Source: Octopus sinensis (lineage: Eukaryota). Taken from it: a DNA stretch of 64,000 nt. The stretch is taken from the NCBI RefSeq assembly GCF_006345805.1, contig NC_042998.1, positions 8,370,001 through 8,434,000 on the forward strand. Direction: 5' to 3'. The notes beneath the pieces were generated by a model. That model was given only the letters and a program-made list of their open reading frames with translations, made no database searches and was not told the DNA's origin. Both the position numbers and the translations under genes were made by a program. Positions 49,066 through 61,500 of the stretch are shown piece after piece (the first letter of the stretch is position 1; every line of letters starts with the position of its first letter).

Positions 49066-49470
49066 CATCCTTTCGGGGTCGATAAATTAAGTACCAGTTA
49101 CGCACTCGGGTCGATGTAATCGACTTAAATCCTTTGTCTGTCCTTGTTTGTCCATTCTGTGTTTAGCTCCTTGTGGGTAATAAAGAAATAGGTATTTCGT
49201 CTGTCTTTACGTTCTGAGTTCAAATCCCGCCGAAGTCGACTTTGCCTTTCACCCTTTCGAGGTCGATGAGTTAAGCACCAGTTGCGTACTGGAATTGATC
49301 TAATCGATACCAGTACGCAAAATTTTGGGCCTTGTGCTCAGAGTAGAAAAGAATATCATTCATTATAAAAGGCTGCGAGTTGGGAGAATCGTTAGCATGT
49401 CGGGCATTTCGTCCGTCTTTACGTCCTGAGTTCAAATTCCGTCGAGGTCAACTTTGCTTTCATCTTTTCG
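49066..49470 (+). mobile_element. SINE family B tandem copies
   Basis: Matches the consensus; 49190-49540 parallels 27235-27610. Confidence 0.8.
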
Positions 49471-50632
49471 GGTAGGTGTGAGTGTCTTTTTGTCATTTAG
49501 ATGACATTTTCTAGATGAGTCTACCATATCCATGTGTGCACACACACTCACACACTGTATACACACACACACACTTGCACACATACACATCTACATGTAC
49601 GCGCGCGCGAACAAATACACACACACCACACATGCAAAATGGGTGTCTAATAGAAGCAAGGGTAGAAATCATGTTCTAAGTAGAAGGTACAGATAATGTG
49701 TTTTGAGTTCCTATCTCTATTGTAAGGTTTCTGGCGGATGGTTTATTGCTGGTGCAGCAGTAAAGGATATACTGGCACTATATAATATATTATTCTCTTT
49801 TACTTTTTTACTTGTTTCAGTCATTTGACTGTGGCCATGCTGGAGCACCGCCTTTAGTCGAGCAAATCGACCCCAGGACTTATTCTTTTGTAAGCCCAGT
49901 ACTTATTCTATCGGTCTCTTTTAACAGAATTGATCCTCTATGTTTCCAAACAAACCCACCAGTCTGTATCATACCAAACTATGCCAAACTCATTACATCA
50001 GAATCTAGGAAACCAAATATAAAACGAAATAGATGAAGAATATCTTCGCAAAAGCAGCACAATTGCATTTGAAATTTTATAAGAAAACTATCATTCATTT
50101 TTCAATTGAAATTTATATTTGTAAATATCTCAGTGGAGGAAAATTTTATTTTTGAATTTTCATGAATTAATCAGGTGAATTGTCGTTCCATCACTGATCG
50201 CACGTAAGTATTGTTGCAAAAGTGGTCAAAGGGATATAACTCCACAGTTTTTACAGAAATATGGAGTTATGTCCCTTACAATATCATTTAAAAATGGAAA
50301 CATCGTTCCTAAATCTCCAACGGGAGATATTCAGTAGAAGCAATTTAAGTAACGGTTTTTTGACAAATTTTCCATAGAATATCTATGAGACTAGTTCTTA
50401 CAAACTAGATCTTTATGATACTTTTTAACATACCATTAAATATATTTATTTATTTCTATTAGTGAATAAATATTGACGTTACGGAAGCGATGCACGGTTG
50501 AAGAGAAACTCAAAGAAAAATAAACTTGCTACAAAAGATAGAAAATCAAATACATTTTATGTTAATGTAACTTGCTGTCTTTATATATATGTATGTAAGC
50601 ATATACATACATACATACATACATACTATGTT

Positions 50633-50845
50633 CACTCTTTTACTATTTTACTTGTTTCAGTCATTTGACTGTGGCCATGCCGGAGCACCGCCTTTAGTCG
50701 AGCAAATCGACCTCAGGACTTATTCTTTGTAAGCATAGCACTTATTCTATCGGTTCTCTTTTGCCGAACCGCTAAGTTACGGGGATGTTAACAGACCAGC
50801 ATCGGTTGTCAAGCAATGTTGGGGGGGGGGGCAAACACAGACGCA
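50633..50845 (-). mobile_element. SINE family A 3' half (another at 49797-49921)
   Basis: Tail and body of the consensus, followed by (TA)n/(CATA)n. Confidence 0.8.
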
Positions 50846-51076
50846 CAGACACACTCACATACACACATACATGTATATATATATATATATATACATACAT
50901 GTATATATACATACATGTATATATATATACATACATAATGCATGCATACATGCATACATACATACATACATACATGCATACATACATACATACATACATA
51001 CATACAGACATACAAACATACATACATACATACATACATACATACATACATACATACATACATACATACATACATT

Positions 51077-51300
51077 CATTATTCGACTCTGCGCCTCACT
51101 CATGGACGACAGAATCACTACACCTTGCCAAAACATCAGCTGCTATAGTGAATGCTATTGAAAGACTGACCACAACATGGTCCACACACTTATCACTGAC
51201 AACTAGAAAAACAGCACCTGCTGTTACAAAAATAATTAAGCTATCATCAGACATATTCCGAGGTGATAGTTTATCTGTAATGTTTATAGATTTAGCCTAG
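51077..51300 (+). pseudogene. R4/Dong-clade-like reverse transcriptase fragment
   Basis: LFDSAPHSWTTESLHLAK...W.T.L.L...IIKLSSDIFRGDSLSVMF resembles the AFDSVPHSWI and GIFQGDSLSPLLF motifs of R4/Dong-type RTs. Confidence 0.6.
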
Positions 51301-51632
51301 TTCCGTGAATCTCATATCATATGTGCCATATTTCCGCCATACTCTTTCGACTGACGAAGACGTTTTTAACTTTTGTTGAATTTCTGATCTTTTTGATGTG
51401 TAAGGGTGAATATTGATGTGTATGAGTCTTTTATTCAAGTGATATCCTGGAGAATTAAGAGGCGAATTTACCTGACTACACCTTACTCATCTAGCCCTAC
51501 CTGAAGTCGTCGTTTATATGTTCAAAGAGAATGGAAATATTTTTCTGAAATCGTGTTCTGGATATGTCAGAGTGTTTTCAATGCATTTAGAGATCATTTG
51601 CTCAGCCGATCATAGGTTTTCTGAGGTATTCT

Positions 51633-52040
51633 TTACTCTTTTACTTGTTTCAGTCATTTGACTGCGGCCATGCTGGAGCACCGCCTTGAAGGATATTAGT
51701 CGAAGAAATTAACCCCGGTACTTATTTCTTAAGCCTAATACTTATACTGTTGATCTGTTTTGCCGACTGCTAAGTTACGGGGACGTAAACACAGCAACAC
51801 CGGTCGTCAAGAGGTGATGGGAGATAAACACAGACACAGAGACACACGCATTTGGATATAAGTATATATGTCTACACGACGGGCTTCTTTCAGTTTCCGT
51901 CTTCCAAATCGCTCACAAGGATTTGGTCGGCCCGAGGCTCTAGTAGAAGACACCTGCCCAGGATACAACGCAGTGGGACTGAACCTAGAACCATGTGGTT
52001 GGTTAGCAAGCTACTTACAACACAGACATACCTCCGCCTA
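51633..52040 (-). mobile_element. SINE family A
   Basis: Reverse complement of the consensus. Confidence 0.85.
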
Positions 52041-52184
52041 TAGTAAACATTTGTAAAAAATATGTTTTTCCCAGTCAACAATGCAGTAAATATTATTCAT
52101 TATGCACCCCGCCCCACAACACTTACTTTTATCACTGATGATATTCTTACGACATTTTCTTCTCTTAAATGTTTTACGTATGTA

Positions 52185-52532
52185 TGTATGTATGCATGGA
52201 TGGATGGATGGATGGATGCTTGGATGGATGGATGGATGGATGGATGGATGGATGGATGGATGGATGGTTGGATGGATGGATTGATTGATGGATGGATGGA
52301 TGGATTGATGTATGTATGTAGGGATAGATGGATGGATGGATGGATGGATGGTTTGGGGGATGGATGGATGGATGGATGGATGGATGGAAGAATGGATGGA
52401 TTAATGGATGGATGGATGGATGGATGGATAGATGGATGAATGGATAGATGGATGGATGGATGCTTGGATGGATGGATGAATGGATGGATGCATGGATGAA
52501 TGGATGCATGGATGCATGGATGCATGGATGGA
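52185..52532. repeat. Degenerate (GGAT)n microsatellite
   Basis: Direct inspection. Confidence 0.95.
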
Positions 52533-52713
52533 TGTCTATTTGTCTGTCTGTCTTTCTGTTTGTCCGTCCGTCAGTCTGTCTGTTTCTGTCTGTCTCTCTG
52601 TCTATCACTATTCATCTCTCCCTCTCTCCTCCCCTCTCCCCTCCCCCTCTCTCTCTATATCTATTTGACGACTGAGTAGACTGGGGCAACAAGAAATAAA
52701 GTGTCTTGCTCAA

Positions 52714-52856
52714 GGACATAACACGTTGCTAGGAATCGAACATACGACCTTTCTATCGTGAACCAATGCCCTAACCACTAAGCCACGCGCCTTCACAACC
52801 TCACGATGTCTGTGCATCTGTCCGTCCGTCAGTCTGCTTGTCTATTGGCCCGTTTG

Positions 52857-52931
<75 letters not shown>

Positions 52932-53510
52932 ATTTATCTCTCTATCTATCTATCTATCTATCTTTCTATCTATCAATATATTTGAATCTATGTATTTAGG
53001 CGCAGGAGTGGCTCTATGGTAAGTAGCTTGTTTACCAACCACATGGTTCCGGTTTTAGTCCCACTGCGTGACACCTTGGGCAAGTGTCTTCTACTATAGC
53101 CTCGGGCAAACCAAAGCCTTGTCAGTGGATTTGGTGACGGAAACTGAAAGAAGCCCGTCGTATATATGTATTTTCAGAAATCTTGATGAAAATTTTCAAA
53201 GACCTTTTCAAAAATTTTGATGAAAATTTTGAAAAAAGTTTTTTTAAATTTTGGTAAAAAATTTTCAAAATTTTGAGAAAAATTTTGAGAAAAATTTTCA
53301 GAAATCTACTGACCATAGAGCCACTCCTGCGCCTAAATACATAGATTCAAATATATTGATAGATAGAAAGATAGATAGATAGATAGAGAGATAGATAGAT
53401 AGATATGTTTCTTTATTAGCCACACAGGGCTGCACACAGATAGAACAAATTACAAGGTAGAGCTTTTCTTTTGAAGGTAAAAAAAAAAATAAATAAATAA
53501 ATAAATAAAA

Positions 53511-53553
<43 letters not shown>

Positions 53554-54804
53554 AGGGATCGTAAAAGGAGAGAAAGAGGACAAAAAAAGGGGGGGGATTT
53601 GATCAATAGGGATCGTTATCACAGAAATGTCAATATGAAGTGTAAAGGGGAGGACAGGTGGACAGGTGGAAAGAAAAGCCTACGGAAAAGACCACGGTAA
53701 CCTCGGTCAATGAAGTCACATGTTATATTTCTATTTTTTTTTTTTTTTGCAAATAAGCAACTCTCTGTATTAATTTTACGGTTCATAGAATCATAGTCAA
53801 GGTGGCTTCGTCATTCATACGTGCCATCCTTGCTACATTCACCCATCTTTTTTAAAACATTCACTAGACAAAACCTGCCTCTCTACTCTCACTTTCCTCT
53901 TCAAGTGATACTTGAAGAAGTTGATGAGGAGATTGACCAGAGAGGAAAGTGTTTGTCTCTAATCCTTTCAGGCGCGTCCACCAGATACATTCTTTCGCCA
54001 TAGCCACAAGTATGATAAAAATAGCTCTTCCTTCCCGTTTGAAGGAAGGAGGCGTGACGATATTAACGATAGACTCGGCTGATAAACCGACACGTCCCAC
54101 ACGTGACAGCAGTCGTTCGAATAAGCCCACAGGTGGGAAATTGCTGGACACTGCACGATTGCGTGCAGAGCGGTTTCGTCGCACTGCCGCATCTCGAGCA
54201 GGTCGACCCCGTGTTTCTCGAGCCATGCCTATAGAGCTTATCCCGAACGGGGGTAGCGCTTCTCGGTAGCAACGCCAGGCCAGGGATCTCTGGAAGTCAT
54301 GTCCATAGGTCCCGGGCCGAAAGTCGTTTGAAACAGGCGGGTCAGGTATTCCTCGTCGACGCCCAGGTTTGCCCCGAGCTCGTCGTCGTACCTCCCCTCC
54401 ACTAATCCCTATAGAATGCTTGGTTGTGTTGAAGTCACTCAAGGTCGACCGGGGACGGCAGAGTTGCTGAGAGCAACGCGACAATCGCGGTGCCATTCGC
54501 CCTTTCCTCGGCCCTCTTTTTGATCCACAACTGTAGTTCGGTCATGGAGACGATGTTGCGGGAATAAGTTGCCTCACAAACGGACGACCCACACCTGTTC
54601 ACCGTCGTCTACATAGAGCCGGAGAATGTCGCAGTCTCAGCGCGTTGTCTGCGCATCATCAACCACGGCATGCCCAGCCCTCCTTTTAACGGGTGTGTGT
54701 TGACAGCAAATGGATCGATCTGACCATCAGGACGCATCCTTTCCACAAGAAGCGGAAGAGGATGCGTTCTAGTTTGGTGTGTAGATAGATAGATAGAAGA
54801 AGAT

Positions 54805-54836
<32 letters not shown>

Positions 54837-55019
54837 CAAGATAGATAGTAGATGATAGATAGATAGATAGATAGACAAACGGGCCAATAGACAAGCAGAC
54901 TGACGGACGGACAGATGGACAGACATCGTGAGGTTGTGAAGGCGCGGGGCTTAGTGGTTAGGGCATTCGGTTCACGAGAGAAAGGTCGTATGTTCGATTC
55001 CTAGCAACGTGTTATGTCC
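52714..55019. repeat. Inverted duplication of about 310 bp whose right arm is interrupted by a LINE
   Basis: 52714-53026 corresponds to the reverse complement of 53306-53405 plus 54781-55019, including non-SINE flank. Confidence 0.85.
53406..54780 (-). mobile_element. 5'-truncated Tx1/L1-clade LINE (ORF2 C-terminus with CCHC knuckle) in (GATA)n
   Basis: Frameshifted minus-strand motifs HPLKGGLGMPWL, PVRDKLYR, CSRC-RQCDETALHAIVQC, KECIWWTR; 3' UTR abuts (TATC)n. Confidence 0.75.
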
Positions 55020-55559
55020 ACTGCCATGACCACCACCACAACTACAACCATTCCTAGCACCATCACGGCTACTATCTCAAACACCACCACCAGAACTACT
55101 ACCATCACTACCATGACCACCACCACAGTTACAAACATTACCACCACCACCACCACAAACATCAACAACAAAAGCCTTCATTGTATTGCCGAAGGTAAAA
55201 GAGAAGGGATGTCAGCAATATCAAAGTCCCCCAACCCACCTCCCGACCCCAGCACCAGAGATTGAGGTTTACGAAAGATCCTGTATTAAAATCTAAGTGG
55301 AAACTCTTCTTCTTCCCGACCTGTTGCTGCTATTTCAAAATTCCTCTGCCTTCCTCACGCAAACAACGCCTGGTTCCTAACTCGAGAAAAAAACCAGTCG
55401 TATTACATATATATTGTTGTTGTTGTTGTTGCTGTTGTTGTTGATGTCCAGCCCTCACGAAGCCTAATCGAACAGGTCTATGATCGAAGACATCCAGTCG
55501 TGACCAACACATCTTTTATTCAGTGACGTTTATATAAAAATAACAGCCAACAAAAGATC

Positions 55560-58500
55560 TGGCTGGTTGGCTGGTTTGTCGGTTGGTTACTGGTTGGCTG
55601 GTTTGTCGGTTGGTCATGGATCGGTTGCTCATGGCTGGTTTGTAAGTAACTTGCTGGCTGGTTGGTCGGTTGGTCATGGATCGGTTGGTCATGGCTGGTT
55701 TGAAAGTAACTTGCTGGCTGGTTGGTCGGTAGGTTACTGGTTGGCTGGTTTGTCGGTTGGTCATGGATCGGTTGGTCATGGCTAGTTTGTAGGTAACTTG
55801 CTGGCTGGTTGGTCGGTTGGTTACTGGTTGGCTGGATTGTCGGCTGGTCATGGATCGGTTGGTCATGGCTGGTTTGTAAGTAACTTGCTGGCTGGTTGGT
55901 CGGTTGGTTACTGGTTGGCTGGTTTGTCGGCTGGTCATCGATCGGTTGGTCATGGCTGTTTGTAAGTAACTTACTGGCTGGTTGGTCGGTTGGTTACTGG
56001 TTGGCTGGTTTCTCGGCTGGTCATGGATCGGTTGGTCATGGCTGGTTTGTAAGTAACTTGCTGGCTGGTTGGTCGGTTGGTTACTGGTTGGCTGGTTTGT
56101 CGGTTGGTTACTGGTTGGCTGGCTGGTCGGTGGGTCACCTGGTTGGCTGGATTCTCAGCTGGTCATGGATCGGTTGGTCATGGCTGGTTTGTAAGTAACT
56201 TGCTGGCTGGTTGGTCGGTAGGTTACTGGTTGGCTGGTTTGTCGGTTGGTCATGGATCGGTTGGTCATGGCTGGTTTGTAAGTAACTTGCTGGCTGGTTG
56301 GTCGGTTGGTTACTGGTTGGCTGGATTGTCGGTTGGTCATGGATCGGTTGGTCATGGCTGGTTTGTAAGTAACTTGCTGGCTGGTTGGTCGGTTGGTTAC
56401 TGGTGGCTGGTGGATTGTCGGTGGTCATGGATCGGTTGGTCATGGCTGGTTTGTAAGTAACTTACTGGCTGGTTGGTCGGTTGGTTACTGGTTGGCTGGA
56501 TTGTCGGCTGGTCATCGATCGGTTGGTCATGGCTGGTTTGTAAGTAACTTACTGGCTGGTTGGTCGGTTGGTTACTGGTTGGCTGGTTTGTCGGTTGGTC
56601 ATGGATCGGTTGGTCATGGCTGGTTTGTAAGTAAATTGCTGGCTGGTTGGTCGGTGGGTCACCTGGTTGGCTGGATTGTCGGCTGGTCATGGATCGGTTG
56701 GTCATGGCTGGTTTGTAAGTAACTTCCTGGCTGGTTGGTCGGTGGGTCAGCTACTTGGCTGGTTTGTCGGTTGGTTACTGGTTGGCTGGCTGGTCGGTGG
56801 GTCACCTGGTTGGCTGGATTGTCGGCTGGTCATGGATCGGTTGGTCATGGCTGGTTTGTAAGTACCTTGCTGGCTGGTTGGTCGGTTGGTTACTAGTTGG
56901 CTGGTTTGTCGGTTGGTCATGGATCGGTTGGTCATGGCTGGTTTGTCAGTTACTTGCTGGCTGGTTGGTCGGTGGGTCAGCTAGTTGGATGGTTGGTCGG
57001 TGGGTTACTGGTTGGCTGGTTTGTCGGTTGGTTACTGGTTGGCTGGTTGGTCGGTTGGTCACCTGGTTGGCTGGATTGTCGGCTGGTCATGGATCGGTTG
57101 GTCATGGCTGGTTTGTAAGTAACTTGCTGGCTGGTTGGTCGGCTGGTTACTGGTTGGCTGGTTTGTCGGTTGGTTACTGGTTGGCTGGCTGGTCGGTGGG
57201 TCACCTGGTTGGCTGGATTGTCGGCTGGTCATGGATCGGTTGGTCATGGCTGGTTTGTAAGTACATTGCTGGCTGTTTGGTCGGTTGGTTACTAGTTGGC
57301 TGGTTTGTCGGTTGGTCATGGATCGGTTGGTCATGGCTGGTTTGTCAGTTACATGCTGGCTGGTTGGTCGGTGGGTCACCTGGTTGGCTGGATTGTCGGC
57401 TGGTCATGGCTGGTTTGTAAGTAACTTGCTGGCTGGTTGGTCGGTGGGTCACCTGGTTGGCTGGATTGTCGGCTGGTCATGGATCGGTTGGTCATGGCTG
57501 GTTTGTAAGTAACTTGCTGGCTGGTTGGTCGGTGGGTCAGCTAGTTGGCTGGTTTGTCGGTTGGTTACTGGTTGGCTGGTTGGTCGGTTGGTCACCTGGT
57601 TGGCTGGATTGTCGGCTGGTCATGGATCGGTTGGTCATGGCTGGTTTGTAAGTAACTTGCTGGCTGGTTGGTCGGTGGGTTACTGGTTGGCTGGTTTGTC
57701 GGTTGGTTACTGGTTGGCTGGTTGGTCGGTTGGTCACCTGGTTGGCTGGATTGTCGGCTGGTCATGGATCGGTTGGTCATGGCTGGTTTGTAAGTAACTT
57801 GCTGGCTGGTTGGTCGGTGGGTCACCTGGTTGGCTGGATTGTCGGCTGGTCATGGATCGGTTGGTCATGGCTGGTTTGTAAGTAACTTGCTGGCTGGTTG
57901 GTCGGTGGGTCAGCTAGTTGGCTGTTTGTCGGTTGGTTACTGGTTGGCTGGTTGGTCGGTTGGTCACCTGGTTGGCTGGATTGTCGGCTGGTCATGGATC
58001 GGTTGGTCATGGCTGGTTTGTAAGTAACTTGCTGGCTGGTTGGTCGGTGGGTTACTGGTTGGCTGGTTTGTCGGTTGGTTACTGGTTGGCTGGTTGGTCG
58101 GTGGGTTGGTCACCTGGTTGGCTGGATTGTCGGCTGGTCATGGATCGGTTGGTCATGGCTGGTTTGTAAGTAACTTGCTGGCTGGTTGGTCGGCTGGTTA
58201 CTGGTTGGCTGGTTTGTCGGTTGGTTACTGGTTGGCTGGCTGGTCGGTGGGTCACCTGGTTGGCTGGATTGTCGGCTGGTCATGGATCGGTTGGTCATGG
58301 CTGGTTTGTAAGTACCTTGCTGGCTGGTTGGTCGGTTGGTTACTGGTTGGCTGGTTTGTCGGTTGGTCATGGATCGGTTGGTCATGGCTGGTTTGTCAGT
58401 TACGCTGGTTTGTCAGTTACATGCTGGCTGGTGGTCGGTGGGTCACCTGGTGGCTGGATTGTCGGCGGGTCATGGCTGGTTTGTAAGTAACTTGCTGGCT

Positions 58501-61500
58501 GGTTGGTCGGTGGGTCACCTGGTTGGCTGGATTGTCGGCTGGTCATGGATCGGTTGGTCATGGCTGGTTTGTAAGTAACTTGCTGGCTGGTTGGTCGGGG
58601 GGTTACTGGTTGGGCTAGTTTGTCGGTTGGTTACTGGTTGGATGGTTGGTCGGTGTCAGGTTGGACATGGTTGGCTGGATTGTCGGCTGGTCATGGGTCG
58701 GTTGGTATGGCTGGTTTGTAAGTAACTTGCTGGCTGGTTGGTCGGTGGGTTATGGGTTGGCTGGTTGGCGGTTGGTTACTGGTTGGATGGTGGTCGGTTA
58801 GTCACCTAGTTGGCTGGATTGTCGGCTGGTTCATGGATCGGTTGGTCATGGCTAGTTTTAAGTAACATGCTTGCTGGTTGGTCGGTGGGTCAGCTAGTGG
58901 CTTGTGTTGGTCGGTTGGTTACTGGTTGGCTGGTGGTCGGTTGGTCACCTGGTTGAACTGGATTGTCGGCTGGTCATGGGTTCGGTTGGTCGTGGCTGGT
59001 TTGTAAGTAAATTGCTGGCTGGTTGGTCGGTTGGTCACCTCGTGGCTGGATTGTCGGCTGGTCATGGATCGGTTGGCATGGTGGTTTGTAAGTAAACTTG
59101 CTGGCTGGTTGGTCGGTGGGTCGCCTGGTTGGCTGGATTGTCGGCTGGTCATGGATCGGTTGGTCATGGCTGGTTTGTAAGTAACTTGCTGGCTGGTTGG
59201 TCGGTGGGTCACCTGGTTGGCTGGATTGTTGGCTGGTCATGGATCGGTTGGTCATGGCTGGTTTGTAAGTAACTTGCTGGCTGGTTGGTCGGTGGGTCAC
59301 CTGGTTGGCTGGATTGTCGGCTGGTCATGGATCGGTTGGTCATGGCTGGTTTGTAAGTAACTTGTTGGCTGGTTGATCGGTGTGTTACTGGTTGGCTGGT
59401 TTGTCGGTTGGTTACTGGTTGGCTGGTTGGTCGGTTGGTCACATGGTTGGCTGGATTGTCGGCTGGTCATGGATCGGTTGGTCATGGCTGGTTTGTAAGT
59501 AACTTGCTGGCTGGTTGGTCGGTGGGTTACTGGTTGGCTGGTTTGTCGGTTGGTTACTGGTTGGCTGGTTGGTCGGTGGGTCACCTGGTTGGCTGGATTG
59601 TCGGCTGGTCATGGATCGGTTGGCCATGCCTGGTTTGTAAGTAACTTGCTGGCTGGTTGGTTGGTGGGTTACTGGTTGGCTGGTTTGTCGGTTGGTTACT
59701 GGTTGGCTGGTTGGTCGGTTGGTCACATGGTTGGCTGGATTGTCGGCTGGTCATGGGTCGGTTGGTCATGGCTGGTTTGTAAGTAACTTGCTGGCTGGTT
59801 GGTCGGTGGGTTACTGGTTGGCTGGTTTGTTGGTTGGTTACTGGTTGGCTGGTTGGTCGGTGGGTCACCTTGTTGGCTGGATTGTCGGCTGGTCATGGAT
59901 CGGTTGGTCATGCCTGGTTTGTAAGTAACTTGCTGGCTGGTTGGTCGGTGGGTTACTGGTTGGCTAGTTTGTCGGTTGGTTACTGGTTGGCTGGTTGGTC
60001 GGTTGGTCACATGGTTGGCTGGATCGTCGGCTGGTCATGGGTCGGTTGGTCATGGCTGGTTTGTAAGTAACTTGCTGGCTGGTTGGTCGGTGGGTTACTG
60101 GTTGGCTGGTTTGTCGGTTGGTTACTGGTTGGCTGGTTGGTCGGTTAGTCACCTAGTTGGCTGGATTGTCGGCTGGTCATGGATCGGTTGGTCATGGCTA
60201 GTTTTTAAGTAACATGCTTGCTGGTTGGTCGGTGGGTCAGCGAGTTGGCTGGTTTGTCGGTTGGTTACTGGTTGGCTGGTTGGTCGGTTGGTAACCTGGT
60301 TGGCTGGATTTTCGGCTGGTCATGGATCGGTTGGTCATGGCTGGTTTGTAAGTAACTTGCTTGCTGGTTGGTCGGTGGGTTGTTGGTTGGCTGGTTTGTC
60401 GGTTGGTTACTGGTTGGCTGGTTGATCGGTTGGTCAACTGGTTAGCTGGATTGTCGGCTGGTCATGGATCGGTTGGTCATGGCTGGTTTGTAAGTAACTT
60501 GCTGGCTGGTTGGTCGCTTCGTCAGTTAGTTGGGTGGTTTGTCGGTTGGTTACTGGTTGGCTGGTTGGTCAGTTGGTTTGTTGGCTGGTTGGCTGGATTG
60601 TCGGCTGGTCATGGATCGGTTGGTCATGGCTGGTTTGTAAGTAACTTGCTGGCAGGTTGGTCGGTGGGTTAAAGGTTGGCTGGTTTGTCGGTTGGTTACC
60701 AGTTGGCTGGTTGATCGGTTGGTCACCTGGTTGGCTGGATTGTCGGCTGGTCATGGATCGGTTGCTCATGGCTGGTTTGTAAGTAACTTGCTGGCTGGTT
60801 GGTCGGTGGGTTACTAGTTGGCTGGTTTGTCGGTTGGTTACTGGTTGGCTGGTTGGTCGGTTGGTCACCTGGTTGGCTGGATTGTCGGTGGTCATGGATT
60901 GTTGGTCATGGCTGGTTTGTCAGTTTACTTGCTGGCTTGTTGGTCGGTGGGTCAGCTAGTGGCTGGTTGTCGGTTGGTTACGGTTGGCTGATTGGTGGTT
61001 GGTCACCTGGTTGGCTGGATTGTCGGCTGGTCATGGATCGGTTGGTCATGGCTGGTTTGTCAGTAATTGCTGGCTGTTGGGTCGGGGGTCAGCTAGTTGG
61101 CTGGTTTGTCGGTCGGTGGGTTATGGTTGGCTGGTTTGTCGGTGGTTACTGGTTGGCGGTTGTCGGTTAGTTACCTGGTTTGCTGGATTGGTCGGCTGGT
61201 CATGGATCGGTGGGTCATGGCTGGTTTGTAAGTAACTTGCTGGCTGGTTGGTCGGTGGGTTACTGGTTGGGCTGGTGGTCGGTTGCTTACTGGTTGGTGG
61301 TTTGTCGGTTGGTCATGGATCGTTTGGTCATGGCTGGTTTGTCAGTTACTTGCTGGCTTGTAGTCGGCGTGTCAGCTAGTGGATGGTTTGTCGGTTGTTA
61401 TGGTTGGTGGTGGTCGGTTGGCACCTGGTTGGCGGATTGTCGGCTGGTCGTGGATCGGTTGGTCATGGCTGGTTTGTAAGTAACTTGCTGTATGGTTGGT

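Larger units (their letters stand above)
44167..49102. repeat. Tandem duplication of about 2.45 kb (44167-46652 and 46653-49102)
   Basis: Same order of unique sequence, two Helitrons, a SINE A and a (TG)n tract in both units; they differ by scattered 1-bp indels and substitutions. Confidence 0.95.

Noticed and set aside
4166-52675. Many YVCM/HTYI/IYLS/MDGW-type ORFs in the ORF track
   Set aside because: All are translations of (TATG)n, (CA)n, (TA)n, (GATA)n or (GGAT)n microsatellites.
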